From Sphingobacteriales bacterium (lineage in GTDB: Bacteria; Bacteroidota; Bacteroidia; Chitinophagales; JADIYW01): 64,000 nucleotides of DNA. The position numbers and the translations under genes were made by a program. A model generated the notes under the pieces. It had not been told where the DNA came from. It searched no databases and worked only from the letters and a program-made list of their open reading frames with translations. The DNA lies in assembly GCA_947460245.1 (NCBI GenBank), contig CANHGL010000008.1:1094-65093 (forward strand). Reading direction: 5' to 3'. Of this stretch, positions 29,258 through 39,944 are shown in pieces. Within the stretch, counting starts at the first letter, position 1. Every line of letters begins with the position of its first letter.

Positions 29258-30686
29258 TTATACTACTGTGCAGCCAAAATTCTTATTATCCAGTAACCCC
29301 GTTTTTCGTATTTGTATAATTTTATCTATTGGTATTGTCTTTTTCGTAAGTTGTAAAAAAGAGCAAAACGCGGGTAATACAGATACTGGATCAGCTATGT
29401 TTTATGACCAACTTGGTCGCACATTAATTCTTCATGGAGTCAGTTTGTATACGAATGATGATCCCGGTGGATATACTCGATACAACTCAAATAGTGCGAA
29501 GAGAATCATTAATGAATGGGGATTTAATACCGTGAGAATGTTTTGGAGTTGGAATGCCATTGAGCCTGACAGTGCAGTGTTTGCACCCGATAAGTTAGAC
29601 TCTATCGTAAAGGTTGTAGAAGCATTTACCCATGAAGGTATTTATGTAGTTATGGCAGTTAACAGTACGGCAACAAGTAGTCAGGACAAACTAAGGGGTA
29701 CATGGCAGGCTCCTACCGGAGATGTTCCCGATGATCCATCTTTGCCGGGTAATACGAATCCTGCGCAACAAGAGGCTACTCGTCGGTTTTGGGATTACAC
29801 CAACTACCCTTATCTGCAGGATGAGTTTATTAAAGCTAGTAAATACATTGCAGCGCGCCTGAAAGATAATCCTTATGTATTGGGTTACGATATTATGAAT
29901 GAGCCTTGGGGGGATGGTGTAACCAGTACACTATTGAATACGAATCTTGAATCAGAATTATTGCCAACTTTTTATCAGAAATATATAACAGCAATGCGAA
30001 GTGTTGAGCCCGATAAATATATATTCTTTGAACCTTATGTGCTTTTTAATCATAGAGAGTTAACTAACTTTGAGAGCAGACTACCTGTAATTAGGGATGA
30101 TAGAAATGGAAATAAGCGTTTGTCTTTTGCTCCGCATTGTTACCTCCTGGATCCTGCGATTAATACTATTCAAAATTCGTATGATATTTATCTTGACGAT
30201 TTAAAAAATAAATATGCCCTGATACAGCAGCAACAACAAACCCCTGTTTATATTGGTGAATGGTCAAATATTGATTATCCTAATTTTCCGGATGCTGAGA
30301 ATTATTTGAATAAACATTTAGAGGCATTTGATGCTATTCAGGCGAGTTGGTCTTACTTTGGATTTTTTCCACCCACACCTGATGATCTTTCTGATTATCC
30401 GGCATTAAATATTGCCTCTAGGGTATATCCTATGGCTACTTCCGGTAAATTGAAAGCGTATAGTTATAGTCTATCCTCCAAACAGTTCAATATGTCGTAT
30501 GTGAATGATAATGCATTAAATACATCAACGGAGATATTCCTTCCTAAGCGTTATTTTCCTAATGGTTATAATTTGACAGTTTCCGGTGTGTCTGATTATA
30601 CAACAGTCTTTGATGATTTAAGAAATGTATTAAAGATTAAGGTAATAGAAAACAGTAAGGTAGATATCATTATATCTCCTAATTAG
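29220..30686 (+). CDS. GH5 glycoside hydrolase lipoprotein, paralog of the preceding gene
   Basis: Same architecture: FNTVRMFWSWNAIEP, DIMNEPW, YIGEWS, and the shared C-terminal block TEIFLPKRYFPNGYNL. The tracked ATG overlaps the upstream gene by 38 nt. An in-frame GTG at 29268 would give a cleaner lipoprotein signal (..IVFFVSC). Confidence 0.75.
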   Translation: MRKRLLLRYHQNNYTTVQPKFLLSSNPVFRICIILSIGIVFFVSCKKEQNAGNTDTGSAMFYDQLGRTLILHGVSLYTNDDPGGYTRYNSNSAKRIINEWGFNTVRMFWSWNAIEPDSAVFAPDKLDSIVKVVEAFTHEGIYVVMAVNSTATSSQDKLRGTWQAPTGDVPDDPSLPGNTNPAQQEATRRFWDYTNYPYLQDEFIKASKYIAARLKDNPYVLGYDIMNEPWGDGVTSTLLNTNLESELLPTFYQKYITAMRSVEPDKYIFFEPYVLFNHRELTNFESRLPVIRDDRNGNKRLSFAPHCYLLDPAINTIQNSYDIYLDDLKNKYALIQQQQQTPVYIGEWSNIDYPNFPDAENYLNKHLEAFDAIQASWSYFGFFPPTPDDLSDYPALNIASRVYPMATSGKLKAYSYSLSSKQFNMSYVNDNALNTSTEIFLPKRYFPNGYNLTVSGVSDYTTVFDDLRNVLKIKVIENSKVDIIISPN

Positions 30687-30748
30687 GCTGCCTAAAATTT
30701 ATTGTATCAGGCGGTATTCTACCCACTTCTCTTACGTATATTTGTTGA

Positions 30749-32812
30749 ATGAAAGAGGACATAAGATCTATTTCTTTTAATACCTTGGTTGAGCGTGACA
30801 TACAAGATGACGTTGTCTCTTTCCAGGGCTATAATCAGGAATGTTATGGTGCAGGTATTGCTCCGTTTTTGCGCGGTCCCTATTCCAGTATGTATGTGTC
30901 TCAGCCCTGGACAATAAGGCAGTATGCTGGGTTTTCTACAGCAGAAGCATCTAATGCATTCTATAAAAGAAATCTTGCAGCAGGACAAAAAGGTCTTTCT
31001 GTTGCCTTTGATTTAGCCACTCATCGCGGATATGATTCCGACCATGAAAGAGTTTTTGGTGATGTTGGAAAAGCCGGTGTTGCTATAGACTCTGTCGAGG
31101 ATATGAAAATATTATTCGATGAAATTCCCCTAAATGAGATTTCTGTATCCATGACTATGAATGGTGCTGTATTGCCTATTTTAGCTTTCTATATCGTTGC
31201 TGCAGAAGAGCAAGGTGTAGCTCAGAATTTATTAAGTGGAACTATCCAGAATGATATTCTTAAAGAATTTATGGTCAGGAATACTTATATCTATCCTCCT
31301 CAACCTTCCATGAAAATCATATCGGATATATTTGAATATACGGCGGAAAATATGCCAAAATTTAATTCTATCTCGATTAGTGGGTATCACATGCAGGAGG
31401 CAGGTGCCACGCCGGAAATAGAGCTGGCATATACCTTGGCAGATGGACTGGAATATATACGTACAGGTATTAGCACGGGATTGAAAATAGATGATTTTGC
31501 TCCACGCCTATCTTTCTTTTGGGCAATAGGAATGCAACATTTTAAAGAAATTGCAAAGATGCGTGCAGCAAGACTATTATGGTCAAATATAGTGGCACAG
31601 TTTCATCCCAAAACTGAAAAAAGTTTAGTATTAAGAACGCATTGTCAAACCAGTGGCTGGAGCTTGACAGAACAAGATCCTTTTAATAATGTAACACGAA
31701 CTTGTATTGAAGCAATGGCTGCTGCCTTAGGTGGAACACAGTCTCTGCATACCAATGCATTAGATGAGGCAATTGCATTACCAACTGATTTCTCTGCTGC
31801 TATAGCCAGAAATACGCAGTTGTATTTACAAAGAGAAACAGGAATTTGTAGAACGGTAGATCCATGGGGAGGTTCTGCATATGTAGAAAAATTAACTGAA
31901 GAAATAGCAGCTAAGGCATGGGCTTTGATGGAAGAGGTAGAAAGTTATGGAGGTATGACTAAGGCCATTGAAGCGGGGATACCTAAGATGCGAATTGAAG
32001 AAGCCGCTGCACAAAAGCAAGCCAGAATTGATAGCGGTCAGGATTTAATTATAGGCGTAAATATTTTTCAGACAGATGATACCAGGGAAATAGATATATT
32101 GGATATCGACAATGCCGCAGTTCGGGAAAAACAGATTGCCCGTTTACATGCAATAAAATCTAACAGAAACCAAAGTGCTGTAGAGGATATTTTAAATCAG
32201 TTGCAGTATGCTGCAAAAAAAGAGCAAGGAAATTTGCTTGCCTTAACGGTAGAGGCAGCAAGAAGGCGAGCTACTTTGGGTGAAATTTCGTTAGCTTTAG
32301 AAAATGTTTACGGTAGATATAAGGCTACTATCCGCAGTATTGCGGGAGTTTATTCTTCTGAGATAAAAATGAATGCAGATTTTCAGGAAGCACGCAGGCT
32401 GGCAGATGCTTTTGCGGTAGAGCAAGGTCGTCGGCCCCGTATTTTGGTAGCAAAAATTGGACAAGATGGTCATGACCGTGGTGCTAAGATTATTGCTACT
32501 GCTTTTGCAGATATTGGCTTTGATGTTGATATTGGTCCTTTATTTCAGACACCTAAAGAAGCAGCTATGCAAGCTGCAGAAAATGACGTACATATTATTG
32601 GTGTTTCTTCCTTAGCCGCCGGACATAAAACGTTGGTTCCACAATTGATAGAGGAGCTCAAAAAAATAAACCGAGATGACATCCTCGTTGTCTGTGGTGG
32701 AGTTATACCCAAGCAAGATTATGATTTCTTATATGCATCTGGTGTTTCCGACATTTTCGGTCCTGGTACCATCATAGCAAAAGCTGCTATTGATATTCTG
32801 CATAAATTATAA
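30749..32812 (+). CDS. scpA: methylmalonyl-CoA mutase (single-chain catalytic plus B12-binding domains)
   Basis: [41 protein letters not shown], the [10 protein letters not shown] substrate barrel, and the C-terminal [13 protein letters not shown] cobalamin DxHxxG motif. Confidence 0.9.
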   Translation: MKEDIRSISFNTLVERDIQDDVVSFQGYNQECYGAGIAPFLRGPYSSMYVSQPWTIRQYAGFSTAEASNAFYKRNLAAGQKGLSVAFDLATHRGYDSDHERVFGDVGKAGVAIDSVEDMKILFDEIPLNEISVSMTMNGAVLPILAFYIVAAEEQGVAQNLLSGTIQNDILKEFMVRNTYIYPPQPSMKIISDIFEYTAENMPKFNSISISGYHMQEAGATPEIELAYTLADGLEYIRTGISTGLKIDDFAPRLSFFWAIGMQHFKEIAKMRAARLLWSNIVAQFHPKTEKSLVLRTHCQTSGWSLTEQDPFNNVTRTCIEAMAAALGGTQSLHTNALDEAIALPTDFSAAIARNTQLYLQRETGICRTVDPWGGSAYVEKLTEEIAAKAWALMEEVESYGGMTKAIEAGIPKMRIEEAAAQKQARIDSGQDLIIGVNIFQTDDTREIDILDIDNAAVREKQIARLHAIKSNRNQSAVEDILNQLQYAAKKEQGNLLALTVEAARRRATLGEISLALENVYGRYKATIRSIAGVYSSEIKMNADFQEARRLADAFAVEQGRRPRILVAKIGQDGHDRGAKIIATAFADIGFDVDIGPLFQTPKEAAMQAAENDVHIIGVSSLAAGHKTLVPQLIEELKKINRDDILVVCGGVIPKQDYDFLYASGVSDIFGPGTIIAKAAIDILHKL

Positions 32813-32952
32813 ATATATTTATTTTCATTCTTAAAATATTGATTTTCAATATTTTAAGATATTTGTTTAATTATTTATATAAAAAAATAAACAAAATTTG
32901 TTTTAGTGATGTTAATCATACATTACAAAAACAAATTTTAAAAAATTAACCT

Positions 32953-33477
32953 ATGAAAAAAATTAAATTATCACTGTTAGGTATTGCATTAGTAGTACTT
33001 ACACTTGTTGGTTGCAAAGAAGAGACAACAACAACACCTACGGGTCCTACAAAGACTATCGTTCAATTGGCACAAGCTAATCCTAATCTAACTATTTTAG
33101 TGCAGGCTGTAGTAAAAGCTGGTTATGTAGACTTACTAAACGGAACAGATCAGTACACAGTATTTGCTCCAACTGATGCTGCATTCGCTAATTTATTAAC
33201 TGAGTTAAGCATTCCGTCATTAGACAGTATTCCAGTTCCATTACTTCAATCTGTTCTTCAGTACCATGTAGTAAGTGGAAAGGTATTATCTTCTTCATTA
33301 ACGAACAATCAGGTAGTTAGCCCATTGTTAACTGGTGCTACTTTCACGATCAATCTTACTGGTGGAGCTAAAATAACAGATGCTAATGCAAGAGTAGCCA
33401 ATATTACTGCAACAGATATCGAAGCTACAAACGGTGTTGTACATGTAATCGATAAGGTAATTTTACCTCCATTGTAA
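32953..33477 (+). CDS. fasciclin (FAS1) domain lipoprotein
   Basis: Lipobox LVGC. FAS1 H1 (TVFAPTDAAF) and H2 (NGVVHVIDKVILP) motifs. Confidence 0.85.
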   Translation: MKKIKLSLLGIALVVLTLVGCKEETTTTPTGPTKTIVQLAQANPNLTILVQAVVKAGYVDLLNGTDQYTVFAPTDAAFANLLTELSIPSLDSIPVPLLQSVLQYHVVSGKVLSSSLTNNQVVSPLLTGATFTINLTGGAKITDANARVANITATDIEATNGVVHVIDKVILPPL

Positions 33478-33522
33478 TAAGGATATATCTTCTAATGATA
33501 TAAAGATTCAATTTACTTTTGG

Positions 33523-33553
33523 AAAAGGTGCATCTGCTGATGCACCTTTTCTT
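33523..33553 (+). terminator. rho-independent terminator after the fasciclin gene
   Basis: 12-bp stem AAAAGGTGCATC-tgct-GATGCACCTTTT followed by CTT. Confidence 0.7.
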
Positions 33554-33669
33554 ATTAAAGGTATTGCTGTCATACTTGTTTTAGCTAGCACCTGCTTTTA
33601 TTATTCATTCATGACCTTATAAACTCCCATTTTTTCTTTATTTTGCGGGGGTATTTGTAAGCTTAGCAA

Positions 33670-34338
33670 ATGAACACTTTCCGGATATATATTGGATTTC
33701 TTATCGGTTTTATCTTTTATCTGAATGCTTCTGCCCAGGAGAGTAGGTATAAGGATCTTATTAAGCCTGAAGGAATCAGTAGTAAGAAATATATTGTCTC
33801 TATGTCGGGCTTGGGAGATATTGAATTTCTGAAGCCTGTAAATATTAATCTTGGGATGTCGTTTAGTGCAGGATTTCGTGTATTAAGCAAACCAAAATTA
33901 AACTCGGGTAAGAGTGTCTATTCTTCTAAGGTTGTAGAGCGGGAATTATATATCAAACCTACCTTCGGCTATATTTATAGAAAAAGATACAATACCGGCC
34001 TATTTTTTATTCCTTCCCTAGCATATCGACACACCTTTTATAAAGCATTCTTCACTGAAGTAAGTATTGATGTTGGTTATCTATATACTAAATTGAATGC
34101 ACCAACCTACGAACGCCAACCCGATGGAACGTTTAAAAAGGTTTCTTTCGGTTACCATAATATAATGGTGGGTGGTAAGATTTTAGCAGGGTATGACTTT
34201 TCGAAAAATATGAAGACGCCTATTGCAATTCAATTTGGAACAGGCATATTTTATCGCTACCCCAGTAATCAAAAGTGGATAAGGCATATATACGCTGAAT
34301 TAGGAATTTCTTATATATTCAGAAAAATAAAAGAATAA
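33670..34338 (+). CDS. hypothetical secreted protein, possibly a small outer-membrane beta-barrel
   Basis: Signal peptide (YLNASAQ) and alternating aromatic/polar strands rich in Y/F/G. The stop overlaps the next start (TAATG). Confidence 0.5.
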   Translation: MNTFRIYIGFLIGFIFYLNASAQESRYKDLIKPEGISSKKYIVSMSGLGDIEFLKPVNINLGMSFSAGFRVLSKPKLNSGKSVYSSKVVERELYIKPTFGYIYRKRYNTGLFFIPSLAYRHTFYKAFFTEVSIDVGYLYTKLNAPTYERQPDGTFKKVSFGYHNIMVGGKILAGYDFSKNMKTPIAIQFGTGIFYRYPSNQKWIRHIYAELGISYIFRKIKE

Positions 34339-35381
34339 TGAAGACGGTACATAAAATAATAGTGTTGCTGGCTGCTATTCTACTATATGGTTGCTCGCCT
34401 GATCCCAAACCTAATGGTGATCAGGTAGATAACTATTATTTTGTTAAGGTAGGTGATGTTGCTTTGCCGGTAAGGGTATGTGGGAATATTAACTCAGATA
34501 TCGCGGTAGTATTTGTGCATGGTGGCCCTGGAGGTTCTGCTCAGACAGAGCGAGCTAATGTATATTGGAAAGAAATTGAAAAATATTATAAAGTTATTTA
34601 CTGGGATCAGCGAGGCTCCGGGTTAACTCAGGGGAATGTGACCTCTTCCCAGATGACTATCGAGCAGTTTAGTGAAGACCTGGATAACATCGTAGATTTT
34701 ACCAAACAAATTGCAAAAGCAAAATCTATTTTCTTACACGGCGTAAGCTGGGGAGGAGGATTGAGTGCTTACTATTTACTGGATACTAATCATCAAAATA
34801 AATTAAAAGGGGCAATATTGGAAGCTCCTGCATATGATATAAAAAATGGTTTGCAATTTTCGAAACAATGGATGCTGGGAAAGGCAGATTCAATGATTGC
34901 ACTTAATAGCAACATTGCATATTGGCAGAATTGTAAACTCTTCTATGCACAAAATCCTGTTATAAGCTCCAAAGAATTTAAACAGCATCAGGCATATCTT
35001 AACCAAGTAAAAGGAATAGTATTTAATAGTACTAATCTTCAATCGCAAACCGTGAGTGTTCCTAAGGGTGAGCTAGCTTTAGTGTACAATAACGCTGAAT
35101 TTGCTCCGGCTACCCTTTCTTATGAGGGGCAATCTATATTTACACACCTGGATCTTACTTCAAAACTGAATACTGTTCGATTGCCCTTACTATTAGTATG
35201 GGGTGCACAGGATGGGCTACTTCCCAGAGAAGACTTAGCCCAGAAATTTGTACAAAGTGTAAGCTCAGTAGATTTGCTTTACGATGATAATAAATATCAG
35301 TTCTCTGCACATATTCCTCACGCTGAAGAGTGGCAGCAATTTGATTTGGATGCCAAAGCCTTCATTGAATCGCATAAATAG
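34338..35381 (+). CDS. alpha/beta hydrolase lipoprotein (S33 proline-iminopeptidase-like)
   Basis: Lipobox LLYGC, oxyanion VFVHGGPGGS, and nucleophile elbow GVSWGG. Confidence 0.75.
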   Translation: MKTVHKIIVLLAAILLYGCSPDPKPNGDQVDNYYFVKVGDVALPVRVCGNINSDIAVVFVHGGPGGSAQTERANVYWKEIEKYYKVIYWDQRGSGLTQGNVTSSQMTIEQFSEDLDNIVDFTKQIAKAKSIFLHGVSWGGGLSAYYLLDTNHQNKLKGAILEAPAYDIKNGLQFSKQWMLGKADSMIALNSNIAYWQNCKLFYAQNPVISSKEFKQHQAYLNQVKGIVFNSTNLQSQTVSVPKGELALVYNNAEFAPATLSYEGQSIFTHLDLTSKLNTVRLPLLLVWGAQDGLLPREDLAQKFVQSVSSVDLLYDDNKYQFSAHIPHAEEWQQFDLDAKAFIESHK

Positions 35382-35407
35382 AGCGTTTTACTCCAACTTT
35401 ATTTTCC

Positions 35408-35415
35408 TATTTTTG
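35408..35415 (+). promoter_or_regulatory. candidate -7 box (TAttTTTG) upstream of the UbiD-family gene
   Basis: TAnnTTTG match 51 nt upstream of the ATG at 35466. Confidence 0.3.
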
Positions 35416-35465
35416 TTAAACAGACTCTACATCGAATAATTTCGGTTGGATTTAAAGCTGTTACC

Positions 35466-37283
35466 ATGCCATATTCTACGCTGCAAGACTGTATTGATGA
35501 CCTCGAAAGGAATGGGCAACTCCTTCGTATTAAGGAGGAAGTAGATCCCTATTTGGAGATGGCTGCTATACATTTGAGAATTCATGAGGCAGGGGGTAAG
35601 GCGGTGCTTTTTGAGAAGGTGAAGGGAAGTAAATACCGTGCTGTTTCTAATCTTTTCGGTACAACAGAAAGAAGCAATCTCATCTTTAGAGAAACTTTAG
35701 AGGATATTAAGAAGTTGATTGCATTGAAAAGTGATCCTATGCAGGCATTGAAATATCCTTTTCGTTATATACGAACTGCTGTTTCGGCGCTTATGGCACT
35801 TCCAAAGAAAGTTTCGAGTAATAGTTTTGAAAAAATAAGAATTTCAGATCTTCCTCAAATCCAGTGTTGGGAAATGGATGGTGGACCGTTTGTCACGCTT
35901 CCCATCGTATATTCCGAAGATCCGGATAAGCCAGGAGTAATGTCATCGAATTTAGGGATGTATAGAATTCAGCTTGGAGGGAATGACTATATACAGGATA
36001 AAGAAGCAGGATTGCATTATCAATTGCACCGCGGCATAGGTGTTCATCAAACTAAGTGGAATAAGTTGGGTAAACCAATGAAGGTCTCTGTTTTTATTGG
36101 TGGTCCTCCGTCGCATGCCTTTGCTGCAGTGATGCCTCTACCTGAAGGTATGTCGGAACTTACTTTTGCCGGAGCCCTTGGAGGTAGAAGGTTCAGGTAT
36201 ATGTATGATGAAGAGGGTTTCTTGTTGAGTACAGATGCTGATTTTGTTATTACCGGCGAGGTGTTTCCTAACGAAAATAAACCGGAAGGACCTTTTGGAG
36301 ATCATTTGGGTTATTATAGCTTGAAACATGATTTTCCACTTATGCGAATTAGTAATGTATACGCAAAAAAAGAGGCCATCTGGAGTTTTACAGTAGTTGG
36401 TCGTCCTCCTCAGGAAGATACTGCCTTCGGGAACATGATACATACTATGACAGGCTCTGCTATTAGTACGGAAATTCCTGGTCTACATGAAGTTCATGCT
36501 GTAGATGCCGCAGGTGTGCATCCTTTGTTGTTGGCTATCGGGAGTGAGCGTTACACTCCTTATGCTAAAGTAAAGATGCCACAAGAGTTACTGACCATAG
36601 CTAATCATATCTTAGGTACTGGACAACTCTCATTGGCAAAATTTCTCTTTATAGCTAATAAGGAAGACAACCCATATTTGAGTACGCATGATGAAATTGA
36701 TTTTTTTACGCATATGCTGGAGCGTTTAGATTTACACAGGGATATTCATTTTCAGACAAAAACTACAATAGATACTTTAGATTATTCCGGTGAAGATTTG
36801 AATGCAGGTAGTAAGGTTATTTTTGCTGCGGTAGGAGATCAGCAAAGGGTATTATCTAATACTTTATCTGAGGGTTTTCAATTACCTCTAGGGTTCAGTA
36901 ATCCAAAATTTGTAATGCCTGGTGTTCTTGCTATACAGGCAGATAAATTTACAAATTATAAAGAGGAGCAAATTTCAATATCAACTCTTGCAACCTACTT
37001 ATCCGGTGCGTTAAGTAATCTTTCAGAGATACCAATGATTTTAGTAGTAGATGATGCAGATTTTGTGAGCGATGTATTTAAAAATTTTATTTGGGTCGTA
37101 TTTACACGAAGTAACCCCTCTCATGACATCTATGGCGTAAATGAAAAGACAGTATATAAACACTGGGGTTGTGACAGCTTAATCATAGATGCTCGTATAA
37201 AACCGCACCATGCTCCTGTATTGCAGAGAAATCCTGTTATAGAAAAAAGAGTAGATCAGTTGCTGGGAGGGATAGTAGTATAA
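35466..37283 (+). CDS. UbiD-family (prFMN-dependent) decarboxylase, probably quinone biosynthesis
   Basis: 605 aa. N-terminal L.DCIDDLERNGQLLRIKEEVDP, NLGMYR, and GPFGDHLGYY motifs characteristic of UbiD. Confidence 0.85.
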   Translation: MPYSTLQDCIDDLERNGQLLRIKEEVDPYLEMAAIHLRIHEAGGKAVLFEKVKGSKYRAVSNLFGTTERSNLIFRETLEDIKKLIALKSDPMQALKYPFRYIRTAVSALMALPKKVSSNSFEKIRISDLPQIQCWEMDGGPFVTLPIVYSEDPDKPGVMSSNLGMYRIQLGGNDYIQDKEAGLHYQLHRGIGVHQTKWNKLGKPMKVSVFIGGPPSHAFAAVMPLPEGMSELTFAGALGGRRFRYMYDEEGFLLSTDADFVITGEVFPNENKPEGPFGDHLGYYSLKHDFPLMRISNVYAKKEAIWSFTVVGRPPQEDTAFGNMIHTMTGSAISTEIPGLHEVHAVDAAGVHPLLLAIGSERYTPYAKVKMPQELLTIANHILGTGQLSLAKFLFIANKEDNPYLSTHDEIDFFTHMLERLDLHRDIHFQTKTTIDTLDYSGEDLNAGSKVIFAAVGDQQRVLSNTLSEGFQLPLGFSNPKFVMPGVLAIQADKFTNYKEEQISISTLATYLSGALSNLSEIPMILVVDDADFVSDVFKNFIWVVFTRSNPSHDIYGVNEKTVYKHWGCDSLIIDARIKPHHAPVLQRNPVIEKRVDQLLGGIVV

Positions 37284-37292
37284 GTTGTCAGC

Positions 37293-37745
37293 CTATCGCT
37301 TATCTATAATAAGGCCGATATCTTCTATTCCGTCTAATGGATCTTTGCGCATTAATTGAATAATAGAAATCTTATATTCTCCTTTTTTGTGAATGCCATC
37401 TATAGCTTTTATCGGCATTGTTTGGGTACATAAACTTCCAGAACATTTCCCATATGGTTTTCCATCAACTTTAAATAAGGGTACTTCAAATCTAAAACTG
37501 GTATCAGTTGAATTTCCTTTTATTATTACTTTTAACCATAAATTACTGAATTCATAGTCTTTCTGATGACGAACACTCACAGCATAAGTATAGTTTGCAT
37601 CATCTTCAGGAGTATTTACGGTGTATTTTAAAGTATCTGTTGATTTCCATTTTTTTACATCTACAGATTTAAACTCATTATAAAAATGTTTTTGCTCGCA
37701 ACTTATTGCAATAAGGGTTATGATTAGATAAAGTATTTTTTTCAT
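37293..37745 (-). CDS. gldH: gliding motility lipoprotein GldH
   Basis: 150-aa lipoprotein (lipobox LIAISC). Size and blocks (YEFSNLWLKVI..., C-terminal DPLDGIEDIGLIID) fit my recollection of F. johnsoniae GldH. Not alignment-verified. Confidence 0.65.
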   Translation of the reverse strand: MKKILYLIITLIAISCEQKHFYNEFKSVDVKKWKSTDTLKYTVNTPEDDANYTYAVSVRHQKDYEFSNLWLKVIIKGNSTDTSFRFEVPLFKVDGKPYGKCSGSLCTQTMPIKAIDGIHKKGEYKISIIQLMRKDPLDGIEDIGLIIDKR

Positions 37746-37796
37746 AGTGCTAGTGCAAATATAATAAAGTAATCTTCCTTCTTTGATATCTTCTTT

Positions 37797-39944
37797 CTAT
37801 TGAATCATCTTTAGAAAGTCATTCTCCTCTATAATCTTAATACTTGAAATCTTTTGAGCTTTAGACAGCTTGCTTCCTGCTTTTTCCCCTGCAATCAAGT
37901 AATCCAGATTTGGGCTGACGGCATTCAGGTTCTTTCCCCCATTTTTTTCTACCAAAATTTTTGCTTCGTCTCTGGAGAAGCGAGTTAGCGTTCCTGTAAA
38001 TAAAAATGTTTTACCATCCAGCTTATTTGAAAGTAGTACCTCTTCAGTTTTATGGGTATTAACGCCAAGTCGCTCTAGCTGTTCTATGAGTTTTATGTTT
38101 TCCCTATCGGTAAAGAACTGATATAGAGATTGTGCAACCTTTGGCCCAATATCTTCGATTTCCATGTATTGCTCTTCTGTCCAGGACTTAAAGTCTGTTA
38201 GGTAATCCACTTTTTTTGCAAGTAGCTTGGCTGTAGTAGATCCGATATGTCTTATTCCTAGTCCAATAATTAAACGAGATAACTCATTTTTTTTGGAAGC
38301 TTCAATACTGTCCTTCAAATTCTGAACAGATTTGTCTTTCCATCCTTCGAGTTTCCTAACTTCATCATAATCGATTTGGTAAATAGAAACAATATCTGAT
38401 ATGATTTTTTCACGCATAAAGGTTCGGATAATTTCTTCTCCGAGTCCGGAAATTTCCATTGCCTGTTTAGATGCAAAGTGTATAAGGTGCTCTTCCAGTT
38501 GAGCAGGACAGTTTGCATTGATACATCGCCATACACTTTCATCCATAGGTTTAACGAGATGGTGTGAGCAAGAAGGACAATTCTTCGGGAAGTGAATCTT
38601 TTCTTCCCCTCCCTTACGCATCTCTTTTACGCTGCCTACTATATAAGGAATAACATCTCCTGCCCGTTCTACAATTACCGTATCATTTAATCGGATATCT
38701 TTTTCTGCTATAAAATCTTCATTGTGTAGGGAGATGGAGGATATTTCTACACCCATCAGTTGTATAGGATCAATCTTGGCAACGGGTGTAACAGCTCCGG
38801 TTCGCCCTACCTGGTATTCTACCTTCCGTAGCACAGAATTTGCTTGTTTAGCCTTGAATTTATAGGCAACTGCCCATTTGGGATGGTGTGAGGTTTTGCC
38901 AATGAGTTGCTGTTGTTGTATAGAATTCACCTTTATTACCATCCCATCTATATCTACTGGATAATTATCACGTTTTTCTTCCCAGTGTTTACAGAATGCT
39001 TCTACCGAATGAATATTGGAGAATTCACCTTTTTCTTTGTAAGGCGTTTTAAAGCCTAATGAGTTAAGGATTTCCAGATTTTTTTCGTGCGATTCAAAAA
39101 TATCGGTAATGTCTTTGCCTTCTTTGTCTTCTGCATATCCAATCTGATAGATAATAGCGTCTAATTTCCTTGCCGCTACTTCTGAAGAATCTTTTAGTCT
39201 GAGGCTGCCGGCAGCGGTATTTCTGGCATTTTTAAAAAGCTCAACTTCCTTTTTTTGTTCTCTTTTATTAATCTCGTTCTGTTGCTGTCTCTCTTGATTC
39301 AATTTTTCCAATACTGCTAATTCCATGATTACCTCTCCACGTATTTCAATTCTATGGATTCCGTATTTCGAAAAATTTGCTTTTAATGGAATGGAACGAA
39401 TGGCTTTTGCATTCTGGGTAATTTCATCTCCCTCTACACCATTTCCTCGAGTTGCAGCACGTGTAAGATGATCGCTTTCGTAAACCAAGGCTATGCTACT
39501 GCCATCAAATTTTGGTTCTACCACATATTCTATGATAATTTTCTCTGTTAATGCCTCTCTGACTTTTCTGTCAAATTCATTGAGATCATCCAGGTTATAG
39601 GTGTTTTCCAGAGACATCATCGGCGTAAGATGTTGTACAGTCGGAAATTCTTTATTAAGACCTTTGGCAACTCTTTGTGTAGGAGAGTCAGCTGTAATCA
39701 GATTAGGATTTTCAGATTCCAGTTCTACTAACTTCTTAAATAAACGATCGTAATCAAAATCGGTAATCACCGGATGGGTATGAACATAGTATTTCTTGTC
39801 ATGGAAATTGATCACTGTTTTTAAGTCTTCACAAAATTGTTCTGTCTCCTGAGGTGGAATTTGTTTGTCAAGCTTATGTAAAAGATCTTCCGATAATAGG
39901 ATTAGATCCTCCTCTTTCATTAATAGATTTTCTTCCTTTATCAT
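37797..39944 (-). CDS. ligA: NAD-dependent DNA ligase
   Basis: Adenylation motif VEPKFDGSS, OB fold, Zn finger CPSCSHHL...CINANCPAQ, HhH repeats, and C-terminal BRCT (GKTFLFTGTL). The start ATG overlaps the phhB stop (ATGA). Alternative ATG at 39920. Confidence 0.95.
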   Translation of the reverse strand: MIKEENLLMKEEDLILLSEDLLHKLDKQIPPQETEQFCEDLKTVINFHDKKYYVHTHPVITDFDYDRLFKKLVELESENPNLITADSPTQRVAKGLNKEFPTVQHLTPMMSLENTYNLDDLNEFDRKVREALTEKIIIEYVVEPKFDGSSIALVYESDHLTRAATRGNGVEGDEITQNAKAIRSIPLKANFSKYGIHRIEIRGEVIMELAVLEKLNQERQQQNEINKREQKKEVELFKNARNTAAGSLRLKDSSEVAARKLDAIIYQIGYAEDKEGKDITDIFESHEKNLEILNSLGFKTPYKEKGEFSNIHSVEAFCKHWEEKRDNYPVDIDGMVIKVNSIQQQQLIGKTSHHPKWAVAYKFKAKQANSVLRKVEYQVGRTGAVTPVAKIDPIQLMGVEISSISLHNEDFIAEKDIRLNDTVIVERAGDVIPYIVGSVKEMRKGGEEKIHFPKNCPSCSHHLVKPMDESVWRCINANCPAQLEEHLIHFASKQAMEISGLGEEIIRTFMREKIISDIVSIYQIDYDEVRKLEGWKDKSVQNLKDSIEASKKNELSRLIIGLGIRHIGSTTAKLLAKKVDYLTDFKSWTEEQYMEIEDIGPKVAQSLYQFFTDRENIKLIEQLERLGVNTHKTEEVLLSNKLDGKTFLFTGTLTRFSRDEAKILVEKNGGKNLNAVSPNLDYLIAGEKAGSKLSKAQKISSIKIIEENDFLKMIQ

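Noticed and set aside
30737-30744. TAtaTTTG promoter-like box just upstream of the methylmalonyl-CoA mutase gene
   Set aside because: It ends only 4 nt before the annotated ATG, so a transcript starting downstream of the box would miss the start codon. Either it is a chance match or the start is mis-set, so it is not reported as a feature.
30749-32812. Methylmalonyl-CoA mutase without an adjacent small subunit or MeaB-type chaperone
   Set aside because: Single-chain homodimeric mutases (E. coli Sbm-like, mitochondrial type) exist, and partner genes may lie elsewhere in the genome. Not anomalous on this evidence.
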